From positions 1-35,610 of the forward strand of contig JAEOUE010000227.1 of the NCBI GenBank assembly GCA_016839515.1: a stretch of DNA of 35,610 nucleotides, in the 5' to 3' direction. The position numbers and the translations under genes were made by a program. How positions within the stretch are numbered: position 1 is the stretch's first letter; each line of letters begins with the position of its first letter. The notes below the pieces were generated by a model, which saw only the letters and a list, made by a program, of their open reading frames with translations, did no database searches and was not told the origin of the DNA. Origin of the DNA: Candidatus Hodarchaeum mangrovi (GTDB lineage: Archaea > Asgardarchaeota > Heimdallarchaeia > Hodarchaeales > Hodarchaeaceae). Below are positions 1 to 8,844 of this stretch, one piece after another.

Positions 1-1
1 C

Positions 2-403
2 CATGATAAAAAGACGGGCGAATACATTTTTTATGATTGTTCAGCGGAAAGTCCTAAAGGCCGGAGATATGTTTGTTACGACCGTGAAGGGCAGGAGGGG
101 AGGAAAAAGCAGACAAGTACGAAAGGTGCGAAAATTGGAAAAACAGGGGGTCCAGAAGGTAACGCTATTGATATGGCAGCTGCCATGGGCATTGAGCTTT
201 TAACGGAAGAACAATATCGAGAGTTACAAAAACTTGGGAATTTCGATACGAAGACATCAAGCTGGGTGAAAACACCTTCTGATATTAGAAAACTCGGTGG
301 TGCCATCTTTGCTGATCACCGCTATGGAACCGTCTTCGTGTATCATAACAGTGCACCTTCTTTCTATGGAGTAAGAGGGTTCCGTGGCTTATTAAGGGTC
401 TAA
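2..403 (+). CDS. DUF4256 family protein (5' partial, runs off window start)
   Basis: Frame 2 is open from base 2: HDKKTGEYIFYDCSAESPKGRRYVCYDREG...NAIDMAAAMGIELLTEEQYRELQKLGNFDTKTSSWVKTP...GFRGLLRV, matching the DUF4256 C-terminal pattern; ORF track shows only 173..403. Confidence 0.85.
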   Translation, partial: HDKKTGEYIFYDCSAESPKGRRYVCYDREGQEGRKKQTSTKGAKIGKTGGPEGNAIDMAAAMGIELLTEEQYRELQKLGNFDTKTSSWVKTPSDIRKLGGAIFADHRYGTVFVYHNSAPSFYGVRGFRGLLRV

Positions 404-686
404 ATTTGGACTCTAAATTTTCACATTTTTGTAAATTTCGGATGTGTTTCTCTATCTGAATTGACAATGTAAGAAACAACCTTTTTTGGCTTTGAAATTT
501 TCATTTATGCGGTCTTTTAGTCTCATTTAATAGATAATAACCTTATATTTCAGCATACAAACCATCTAAGAAATTTTGAATTTGGTCATCGTAGGTTATG
601 TAAATATATGGATATGAGTTTTCCAACATCTAATATGATTAATCACCATTATTTTTGGAAAATTTAACACTATTTTGAACAATTTA

Positions 687-1097
687 TCATTTATTTTGGG
701 ACTGTACAGAAGGGGAGAACAAAAGTGATTCGGAATTGATGCAATATCTTAATCCAGTTGGTTTTGGTCCATCATTAAATACATGACCTAGATGACCACC
801 ACATTTGCGACAAAGAACTTCAGTACGGATCATTCCATGCGAAGTATCTTTTTTTAGGTCAATGAGTTCACTTTTAACATCAAAAAAGCTAGGCCAACCA
901 CATCCACTGGCATATTTCGTCTCAGATTTAAAAAGGGGTGTTTTACATCCTGCACAAAGATATATCCCTGCTGTTTTATGGTTCCAATATTTCCCTGTAA
1001 AAGCAGGTTCCGTTCCTTTTTCTCTGAGAATATAATATTGCCCTTCTGTCAAGATTTTCTTCCAATCTTCATCGGTATAATCTTTAGGCTCTGTCAT
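687..1097 (-). CDS. msrB: Peptide-methionine (R)-S-oxide reductase MsrB, Zn-binding Cys form
   Basis: [47 protein letters not shown] motifs. Confidence 0.97.
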   Translation of the reverse strand: MTEPKDYTDEDWKKILTEGQYYILREKGTEPAFTGKYWNHKTAGIYLCAGCKTPLFKSETKYASGCGWPSFFDVKSELIDLKKDTSHGMIRTEVLCRKCGGHLGHVFNDGPKPTGLRYCINSESLLFSPSVQSQNK

Positions 1098-1281
1098 TTG
1101 AACTCAATAGGATTTTAAATTTAGTTTACTTAAGGTCACTGATTTCCTTTTCGGAATCAAAAATAATTTTATGAAGTATGATTTGGGATCTCAGAAGGTA
1201 GATTAAATTTTAGGGGGATAATTTATTCAAATTATCTAACTTTAAATTTTCATGACTTATAAGTGGATATGGAGCTAACCT

Positions 1282-1998
1282 TTAAATTCCGATTAACTCC
1301 AAGACCATTCTTTTATCATTTGGAAATAATAAATTAGCTATTTTATAACGAAATTTTCTATTGTACTCCTCACTGGCTAATTGTTGAACCAACCACTTAT
1401 AATCCTTGTAATATAGTACCAAGACATCAAAAAAATGTAGATTTTTAGCGAAATAGTAAGGATTTGTAGTCTCTGTTCTTTCTCCTTTAAGTTAGAAGAG
1501 GATATGTTCCTTAGATTCTTTTAGATTAAAAGGACTGCCACCTTTAAGTCTTATTATCCTATCCTTGACTTTTTGATTCAAAGAAAACAGATTTCCAATG
1601 AAAATAGGAAAAAAAGTAATTACTAGAAGTATGTAAAAGGGAACATGGATTTGGGGAGCTAACCGTGAAATGGAAATTGCTAACCCTAAAGTTAATCCAA
1701 AATAAAGAAAATTTATTATTGTCCCTCCTAGTGGATTATAGAGGAAATGGGTGTAATTTAACTTAAAAGTATAATACATATATGACCCGATACGAAGTAA
1801 AAAAAAAGCTAGACCAAAAAAACACCCTGCAACAAATGTTATTGATAATTGTACTAATGACTCCTCAAATTGGGATGAAATAAACCACAAAAAGAATGTT
1901 AAAAAGATAAAAAAAACTCCAAGATAATCACATTGTTTCCCTAAAGAGAGGAAGGGTTGATTAGGAAAATTATGTAATGATCCAGAAGTAATAGGCAT
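1282..1998 (-). pseudogene. Hypothetical multi-pass membrane protein interrupted by an in-frame TAA at 1492-1494
   Basis: ORF 1492..1998 has about 4 hydrophobic helices; the same frame stays open for 69 more codons (LKGERTETTNPYYFAKN...VLELIGI) to TAA at 1282-1284. Confidence 0.55.
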
Positions 1999-2114
1999 AA
2001 TAATTATTGTTCTTTTGCATAGTTAAAACTATTAATGTAAATGCAAGTTCCCTGAAGTCTTCTCTTAATATATCAATTAGTAAGCCTATATTTAATAATT
2101 TAAGTGAAAAGATT

Positions 2115-3668
2115 TTATTCAAGCAAGCTAACTGGAAGAGAGATTAAAAAACGATTACCACTTGGTTCTAAAGGTTTAATTTGGAGAAATCCCCCATAAT
2201 ATTGCAAAATAACTGAGGCGAGGGAAACCCCAATATAATGCCCTTGATATTCCCAATCATCTTGAACACGTCCTTCTAGCCTTAAACGTGCTTCCTTTTG
2301 AATTGGAGGTGACGATTGATCAGATATTATTAAAGTAAAATACTGATTTGAAGTTTCAGTCTCTAATAAAATAAATTTATCAACTTGGATTATAAAGGAA
2401 ACAATTTCATGTAGGGCTTCCTTAAAATAATTATCAAGCCGAAGAGAAAAAGCTAAAGACCCTTCTTTCACAACAACATATTCCTCAGGTATATTTAGGT
2501 CCTGAAACAGGGAAATGAATAAATTCATCAATGAAATCTTTTTAGAAGGAGGTTCAAAGGTACTCTGAAGAACTTCAAAAATCCTATTCACAAGTTCAAT
2601 CACCCTAGCAGCTTGAATTGAAATCTCAATAATTCTTTCAATTGATTCTAATTTAAATAAACCTTCGCGTTGGTACTTTGATTTGATATAATCTAATTGG
2701 TAGATAATTTTTTGAAGATTATTACGGGTAAAATGACTTAACATGGCTTGATAACGCTCTTCCTCCAGCTTAACGCGCGTAAGAAGGTTTTGTTTTTCTC
2801 TAAGCTCTTTTTCAACATTTTTTTGGGTTGTTATGTCAGTAAAAACGGCTAAAATCGCTTTGACTTGACCATTTTCATCAAATAATGGGTTTGCTGAAAC
2901 AATAACAGGAAAAGATGTGCCATTCTTACGTAATAAAAAAGTTTCATAGACTGAACTTTTCCCCTGTAAACGTTCATCCCTTTGGTTTTTTACATTAGGT
3001 ATCTCATGCTCTGGAACAATACTTTCCCAATGCATTCCGATTATTTCATGAATTTCATAACCTAGAAGTGCTGCCATTTTTGGATTTGCAAAATTATATT
3101 TTCCATCTAAATTTTGTAATAAGACACCTTCATTCAGATTCTCAACTAAAGTACGATACTTTAATTCAGACTCCTGAAGCATTTCGCTTATCTTTTTCCT
3201 TGAGGACACATCAATAAATGATCCCACCATATATCTTGAATTATCCTCACCTTGAATTATATGTGCTGATCCAAATACATGAAAATGTGATCCATTCCGG
3301 TGTTTAGCGATTAATTCACCCTTCCATTGTTCCTCTTTTCTTAGTTCTTCCATAATTTTTTTAGCTTCAATTGGATCTGCCCAAAGATTATTTGGGTCAA
3401 TATATTTTGTTTGATCCTCTGATTCAAATCCCCACATCTTAGAGAATGCTGAATTTATATAGTTAAATCCTTTTCCATCAAGATTATGAATATAAATGGC
3501 ATTTAATGATGAAGAAAAGGCAGTTTCTAAAATTTTATTCCTTGATTTATAATACTGAAGTGATTGGATCATTTCTTGGTGACTGGAAATTTTATTATTC
3601 CATTCACTTATTAATACCTTAATGTCGTCTGGAATATCTTTCCTGTTTTCGATTTCTTTGATTTTCAT
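2115..3668 (-). CDS. PAS-domain sensor with degenerate histidine-kinase module
   Basis: Two PAS/PAC repeats (YINSAFSKMWG...FIDVSSRK; FANPKMAALLGY...FTDITTQK), H-box-like LSHFTRNNLQ, eroded HATPase_c boxes. Confidence 0.85.
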   Translation of the reverse strand: MKIKEIENRKDIPDDIKVLISEWNNKISSHQEMIQSLQYYKSRNKILETAFSSSLNAIYIHNLDGKGFNYINSAFSKMWGFESEDQTKYIDPNNLWADPIEAKKIMEELRKEEQWKGELIAKHRNGSHFHVFGSAHIIQGEDNSRYMVGSFIDVSSRKKISEMLQESELKYRTLVENLNEGVLLQNLDGKYNFANPKMAALLGYEIHEIIGMHWESIVPEHEIPNVKNQRDERLQGKSSVYETFLLRKNGTSFPVIVSANPLFDENGQVKAILAVFTDITTQKNVEKELREKQNLLTRVKLEEERYQAMLSHFTRNNLQKIIYQLDYIKSKYQREGLFKLESIERIIEISIQAARVIELVNRIFEVLQSTFEPPSKKISLMNLFISLFQDLNIPEEYVVVKEGSLAFSLRLDNYFKEALHEIVSFIIQVDKFILLETETSNQYFTLIISDQSSPPIQKEARLRLEGRVQDDWEYQGHYIGVSLASVILQYYGGFLQIKPLEPSGNRFLISLPVSLLE

Positions 3669-3854
3669 AAAATAACCTGATATTATGATAATATTTTAAA
3701 ACTTAGACTAATTTTGTAGAAAATTAATTCTTTTTCTATTTTTATAAATTTTAAAAATGCCACATATAAAAATTCTAACAAAGATAAAAGAATTTTCTTT
3801 TAAGAAGAATAAGAAAAATGAAAAAAAAGATGAATATAGAATCATTGATTAATC

Positions 3855-4259
3855 TTATAGATTACTTTTAATAAAAACTTGAAGAATCCCAAAAAACCAA
3901 TTAAAGATTACAAATAATCCAATTATCCAGAGAAGTATAATAAATAACATAATTGTGCGATTCAATGGAATCTGTTGATTTTCTTCCTTTAATGCAATCT
4001 GTTCACATTCTGTAAAAATCTCAGCTGGAATAAACTTTAATGCAAGATAAAGCCCTAAAGGAATAAGAATTAGATCATCTAAATATCCTAAAATAGGAAT
4101 AAAATCTGGAATAAGGTCAATTGGAGATACAGCATAGCCAATCACAACACCTAAAAACAGTCTCTTCCAAAAAGGAACGCGTTTATCTCTGTAAACTAAA
4201 TAGATTGTATAAGTCTTACGTTTTAGGTCTTTTGCTTTTTTCTGTATTTTTTCCAGCAT
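3855..4259 (-). CDS. YkvA/DUF1232 family membrane protein
   Basis: YAVSPIDLIPDFIPILGYLDD signature. Confidence 0.93.
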   Translation of the reverse strand: MLEKIQKKAKDLKRKTYTIYLVYRDKRVPFWKRLFLGVVIGYAVSPIDLIPDFIPILGYLDDLILIPLGLYLALKFIPAEIFTECEQIALKEENQQIPLNRTIMLFIILLWIIGLFVIFNWFFGILQVFIKSNL

Positions 4260-4658
4260 TTAAAACATCCTCTATTCTTAGTATAAACATTTATGACCTA
4301 ATAAAGTAGATAAAAACCATTTTCATCCAGAATTTAAGAAAAATTAACAAACCTGAGGCAATAATCACAATAAATAATGATTTAAATTATTTGATTCGTT
4401 TAAGTACTAAGATTATAAACCTTAAATAAGAAGAATCACACATAAAAAGCTCAAGAAATAAAGAAAAAATTAGAAGGAAGAAGACTGTGTTAAAGGATCA
4501 ATTCATTATTGATTAGCATTCCTATTCTTCCTTTTTGAACATCAATTCAATAATCACTGCTTAAATTCTCTTCTTACTCTGATTATTCAATTTCTAATTA
4601 TAAAGATAAAAAAAAATGAAAAATAGCTAATGTTAAGCTAATTCTATAACCAACAAAT

Positions 4659-5609
4659 TCAGTTCTTTGGTTTATATGCTTGAATGTGACCTTTCATAAT
4701 AGCTGTTGTTAGGACCTCATCTTCTTCAGCAGTTAATTCAACTTCAATAGACTTGCCTGAAAGAACCATTTTACGTTTTCTTGTATCAGACTGTGATCCT
4801 TCTGAGGTTCTCTTTTGAGGTTTAATTACCTGAGACTCTAGCACTTTGACATCATTAAACCCAGCAGCACGAATTGATTTTAAATATTCATCTTCAACCC
4901 ATGCACGTGATACACATCCTGGAACATCTTGTAAGGCTTCTTTCACAACTTCAGGAAAATCATGGGCTAATAAAATATCTGACACTACCAAGCGACCCCC
5001 GGGTTTTAAAATCCTAAACGCTTCGCGGAATACCTGATTTTTATTGACAGATAGATTAATAACACAGTTAGATACGATCACATCAACTGATTCATTCGCA
5101 ACGGGAAGATGCTCAATCTCTCCTAGTCGAAATTCAACATTCTTATAGTTATTTTTGATTGCATTCTCTCGGGCCTGATCAATCATCTGAGGAGTCATAT
5201 CAATACCAATTACTTTTCCTGTAGCTCCCACTTGTTGAGATGCTAGAAAACAATCAATTCCAGCTCCTGAACCTAAATCTACTACTACTTCTCCTGATTG
5301 GATGTTTGCTAATCTAACTGGATTTCCTGATCCTAATCCAAGGTTTGCTTGTTTTGGGATTGTTTCTAATTCTTCCTTGGTATAGTCAGTATAATTAGAT
5401 TCTGCTGAAATAGTGGGATCTAAATTAGGAACCCCCTGATTTCCACTAGCAATCGTACCATATTCATTACGAACAAATTTTCGAATTTTATTTTCCTCTG
5501 ACAGTTTATCTAACTGAGTGTCCTCTTTATCTTCTGTGGATGCATTTCCACAGCAATAACTTTCTTGAGAACGCGTTTTTTCTGTTTGAATATCTTGTTC
5601 TTTAGTCAT
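4659..5609 (-). CDS. arsM: Arsenite S-adenosylmethionine methyltransferase (ArsM-like)
   Basis: ANLGLGSGNP, VVDLGSGAGIDCFLA, GIDMTPQMI, VEFRLGEIEHLP, SNCVINL, RILKPGGRLVVSDI, GCVSRA; N-terminal CC. Confidence 0.88.
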   Translation of the reverse strand: MTKEQDIQTEKTRSQESYCCGNASTEDKEDTQLDKLSEENKIRKFVRNEYGTIASGNQGVPNLDPTISAESNYTDYTKEELETIPKQANLGLGSGNPVRLANIQSGEVVVDLGSGAGIDCFLASQQVGATGKVIGIDMTPQMIDQARENAIKNNYKNVEFRLGEIEHLPVANESVDVIVSNCVINLSVNKNQVFREAFRILKPGGRLVVSDILLAHDFPEVVKEALQDVPGCVSRAWVEDEYLKSIRAAGFNDVKVLESQVIKPQKRTSEGSQSDTRKRKMVLSGKSIEVELTAEEDEVLTTAIMKGHIQAYKPKN

Positions 5610-5640
5610 TAGCTTTTATTTCCTTATATAAACTTGTTTC

Positions 5641-5691
5641 TGAATATTCATCAGAAATATTCATTAGGAATATTCCTGTGAGGAATATTTT
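5641..5691. promoter_or_regulatory. Array of four palindromic AATATT-core operator-like sites between arsM and padR
   Basis: TGAATATTCA (5641-5650), GAAATATTCA (5654-5663), AGGAATATTCCT (5666-5677), AGGAATATTTT (5681-5691); cores spaced 13, 13 and 15 bp, lying between TATA-like boxes at 5624-5632 and 5688-5695. Confidence 0.7.
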
Positions 5692-5725
5692 TAAACCTTT
5701 GTTACTGGGTAAGAACTGAAATGAA

Positions 5726-6115
5726 ATGGCATTAATCTTTGGTAAGAGTCTTGATATCACTCCAACTGAAGCATTATTTCTCTTAGTGCTGCATAATCAA
5801 AATTTATCTGGTTCTGAAATTGTTAAAATTGTGAAAGAGGACTTAGGTGAAGACTTTTCTCCTTCTGCTGGTGCCACTTACAAAATAATTCAATCTTTAG
5901 AAAGTAAAGGGATGATACACGAAACTACTGACTTAATCGAGGAAGAAACACGAGACAAGAGGATTAGAAAATATACTTTGACTGATGAAGGAAGAAAAAT
6001 GGTACTAAAGATCACAAATCAAGTTCGAAAAGTCATTGTATTTGTTGAGCAGTGTTGTCCAGGTGGAGAAGATAAAATGGTTGTAATAAAAAAAATCAAT
6101 GAAAAAGAGGAGTAG
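5726..6115 (+). CDS. PadR-family winged-helix transcriptional regulator with C-terminal Cys-Cys
   Basis: SGSEIVK...FSPSAGATYKIIQSLESKGMI...RKYTLTDEGR PadR pattern; EQCCPGG after the dimerisation helix. Confidence 0.88.
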   Translation: MALIFGKSLDITPTEALFLLVLHNQNLSGSEIVKIVKEDLGEDFSPSAGATYKIIQSLESKGMIHETTDLIEEETRDKRIRKYTLTDEGRKMVLKITNQVRKVIVFVEQCCPGGEDKMVVIKKINEKEE

Positions 6116-6137
6116 GACTTTTCTCTTCATGTATTGG

Positions 6138-7463
6138 TTACTTTTCTGGACGAAATACGCGCCAAATGAAGAAAATCATCCCGAATACGAAAAACAATGC
6201 TCCACCAATGAGGAGGAAGACTAGTTCAGGTAAGATTTGACCTAGGGTATGATCAAACAAAAGAACATTACGAATGGCAGTTACTGAGGAATAAAAGGGA
6301 AAAAAGTCCCATAATTGAAGAGTACGGAACGTTCCAGTGCCTGTGGGGATGAAATCAGCAATCAAAGGAATTGCTGGAACTTGGAGAAATGCTCCTGAAA
6401 GAAAACCAATTGGTGCAGAAACCATCGCGATTACAGAAGAAGCATCACGGCCATTTGGTACCCAAGCACTAACAAAGAAAGCTAGGCCAAGGATGGGAAT
6501 TAAAGTCAAAAGTCCAACAAAGTAAGCTAAGAGGGGACTTCCTCGTCCTTTAAAGCCAAATAAATATGCAGCTAAAAGCATCATCAGGAGTTGTGCTCCT
6601 GCAACAACTATTTGATTAAGAGTTATTCCCCCAAGTAATTCTATAGGCTTAATTTGACTTATTTTTAAACGATCAAGTGTCCGATATTCTCGTTCCTCCC
6701 CTAATATCCCTGCAACGCTACTAGAAGTCAATACAAGTCCGAAAGTAAAGAATCCACTTATAAAATAGTCAAATTGGGTTAATTCATAACTTGATACATT
6801 TGTGAAAGCAGTAGTAAAAATACCTGCTGGAAGTTCAATACCAAATAGCTGTGTTGAAAATTGATGTAATGATTCTTGAAACTCTGTTAATCCTTCCTGA
6901 AAAGAAAGAAAATTGGGATCACCTAGAAGAGTAAGTGAGACATTTGTCATGAGAACTTCTGGCTGATTGAGTATTGGACTCCCATCTAAGATATATTCAC
7001 GAGAATTAATTCCTGATAACATCCCTAATGAGAAATCATATGGAATATAGATAGCAAAGGTTACAGCACGACTTTGAACTGCCTTTAAAGCTTCTTCAAT
7101 CGTTTTAAATTCCAGAATACGAAACGTTTGATTAGATAAATTAATACCTGTCTGACCATCTAGACTTCTCACAAAGAAATTACCAAAACCATGAGTCAAT
7201 GGATCAATAGTAGCATTTGCAGCCCAAGGTAAGGTGTAATTGTAAAATATTTCCCGATAATCAGCGAGATAATCTTGCCCATCTTCATTAATAACCCCAA
7301 TAATTACTGAAGTTGGAGAAACATCTCCACTTCCTCCAAATATAAATGCAAATACTAAAACAAAAAGCATTGGAAAGGCTACAATTAATGTTATTCGAGT
7401 TGGACTACGGATTGTTTGCTTCAAGGTCCGAATAAATATCTTTAAAGTTGTTCTCATCTTCAT
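6138..7463 (-). CDS. ABC-2 type exporter permease
   Basis: N-terminal TM helix, IGVINED extracytoplasmic domain, EEREYRTLDRLKIS, GFLSGAF, five C-terminal TM helices; ATGA overlap with the upstream permease. Confidence 0.9.
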   Translation of the reverse strand: MKMRTTLKIFIRTLKQTIRSPTRITLIVAFPMLFVLVFAFIFGGSGDVSPTSVIIGVINEDGQDYLADYREIFYNYTLPWAANATIDPLTHGFGNFFVRSLDGQTGINLSNQTFRILEFKTIEEALKAVQSRAVTFAIYIPYDFSLGMLSGINSREYILDGSPILNQPEVLMTNVSLTLLGDPNFLSFQEGLTEFQESLHQFSTQLFGIELPAGIFTTAFTNVSSYELTQFDYFISGFFTFGLVLTSSSVAGILGEEREYRTLDRLKISQIKPIELLGGITLNQIVVAGAQLLMMLLAAYLFGFKGRGSPLLAYFVGLLTLIPILGLAFFVSAWVPNGRDASSVIAMVSAPIGFLSGAFLQVPAIPLIADFIPTGTGTFRTLQLWDFFPFYSSVTAIRNVLLFDHTLGQILPELVFLLIGGALFFVFGMIFFIWRVFRPEK

Positions 7464-8833
7464 AGATCTCCTTGTAATCTTCGTTTAGAGTAAAAAATCA
7501 TTCCAAAAAATAATAAAAAGATGGAGGGCACTACTAGAAGTATCAGATCCCAAATTACTTCTGTTAGAGTAAATTCATATAAAATTATTGAACGTAATGC
7601 GTTTACTGCATGAGTTGGGGGAAGTAAATCCCATAACATGAAATCACGAGGAATACCTGAAGCAGTGGGGATTACGGACTGAATTAAGGTTATTGTAGGA
7701 ACTTCCATGAAAGCTCCGCTCATAAAAGCCAAAGGTGTTGTTAAAAAACCTGAAGATTGTCCTGCAGTATCAGAGGAGTTGAAAATCCCAGCTAGAAAAA
7801 ACCCCAAGCCAGTTGTAAAAATCGTTGATAACATTAAGACGAAAAAACCCTGAATTATATCTCCTGCAGGATGAAAACCAAATGCAACCATGGAAATTCC
7901 TATAATCAAGGTAATTTGAAAAAATGAAAGTATAAATTGATAAAAAGTAGCCCCTAAAATATATTCCCAAGGTTTGATTAAAGATAACCTCACTCGAGCG
8001 ACAGTTTTTGTTTCAGCAAACTCAGTAACAAGGAAAGCAGCTAGCATTCCAGATTGAGTTAATACAGAAAAAACAAGAATTCCAGGAAATATTGTATCAA
8101 AAAGACTAAGATCCTGTAAAGTAACAGATTCTATATTAATTTCAATTTCTCCACCAGAGTATGGAAAATTTTGTAAATTTTTGTTAAAATCAGTAAAAAT
8201 TTGGGAGAGAATAATCTGCACGATTTGGTACCGTGAATATCCTTGATCTCCAATAATTGAGATAAGTCCATTATCTTGTGTGGGAACAGGGGGGCCTTCC
8301 CATTGAAAAAGAACACCGTAACTAATATTATGAAGGAATATTCCATTTTGGATATAAAAAGCTTGATTCACCGCTGATAAAGTAGTATTTGAATAATTCT
8401 CGGGAAAAATAATTAGCGCATCAATTTCTCTTGATTCAATAGCAGTTTGACCTATGGAACTATTAGCAAAGTATCTTACTTCAAATATTGGAACAGTCTC
8501 AACTGCTTGATTATCAGTTGTATAATTAATAGAAGAAAGGAGGGAAATAAAATCAGCAGCAAATCCATTGTCTAAGGTATCATTTGAAAGCCCAGTATTA
8601 AATATAGGATTAGTATTTAGTTCCTTCATATATTCAGCCAACTCTTCCCCTACTCCCTCATCATCGTTTATTACTCCAAGAATAAATGTCTGGGCTGTCC
8701 CTAAACCAGCAGTATTGAAAGCAAACCAGAACATGAATGTCATGAAAACTGGCATAGCAATAAAAATAGCAAAAGCTATACGAAGGCGTACTAACTCTGT
8801 AAGGAACCGCTTTGTTATACTTAAAACTAACAA
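7460..8833 (-). CDS. ABC-2 type exporter permease (paralog of the downstream permease)
   Basis: LGVINDD, AFMSGAF, LWDLLPPTHAVNALR; TTG start preceded by GGTGAGG. Confidence 0.9.
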   Translation of the reverse strand: MLVLSITKRFLTELVRLRIAFAIFIAMPVFMTFMFWFAFNTAGLGTAQTFILGVINDDEGVGEELAEYMKELNTNPIFNTGLSNDTLDNGFAADFISLLSSINYTTDNQAVETVPIFEVRYFANSSIGQTAIESREIDALIIFPENYSNTTLSAVNQAFYIQNGIFLHNISYGVLFQWEGPPVPTQDNGLISIIGDQGYSRYQIVQIILSQIFTDFNKNLQNFPYSGGEIEINIESVTLQDLSLFDTIFPGILVFSVLTQSGMLAAFLVTEFAETKTVARVRLSLIKPWEYILGATFYQFILSFFQITLIIGISMVAFGFHPAGDIIQGFFVLMLSTIFTTGLGFFLAGIFNSSDTAGQSSGFLTTPLAFMSGAFMEVPTITLIQSVIPTASGIPRDFMLWDLLPPTHAVNALRSIILYEFTLTEVIWDLILLVVPSIFLLFFGMIFYSKRRLQGDL

Positions 8834-8844
8834 AATATCCTCAC

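Noticed and set aside
687-1097. Selenocysteine-containing MsrB
   Set aside because: The catalytic residue is Cys (RYCINS); the only in-frame TGA is terminal and is followed at once by TAA
4474-4533. SECIS element in the arsM 3' region
   Set aside because: No AUGA/GA quartet at the base of a stem and arsM has no internal TGA
5641-5691. Mini CRISPR array
   Set aside because: Units are 10-12 bp with gaps of only 2-3 bp; no spacers and no cas genes
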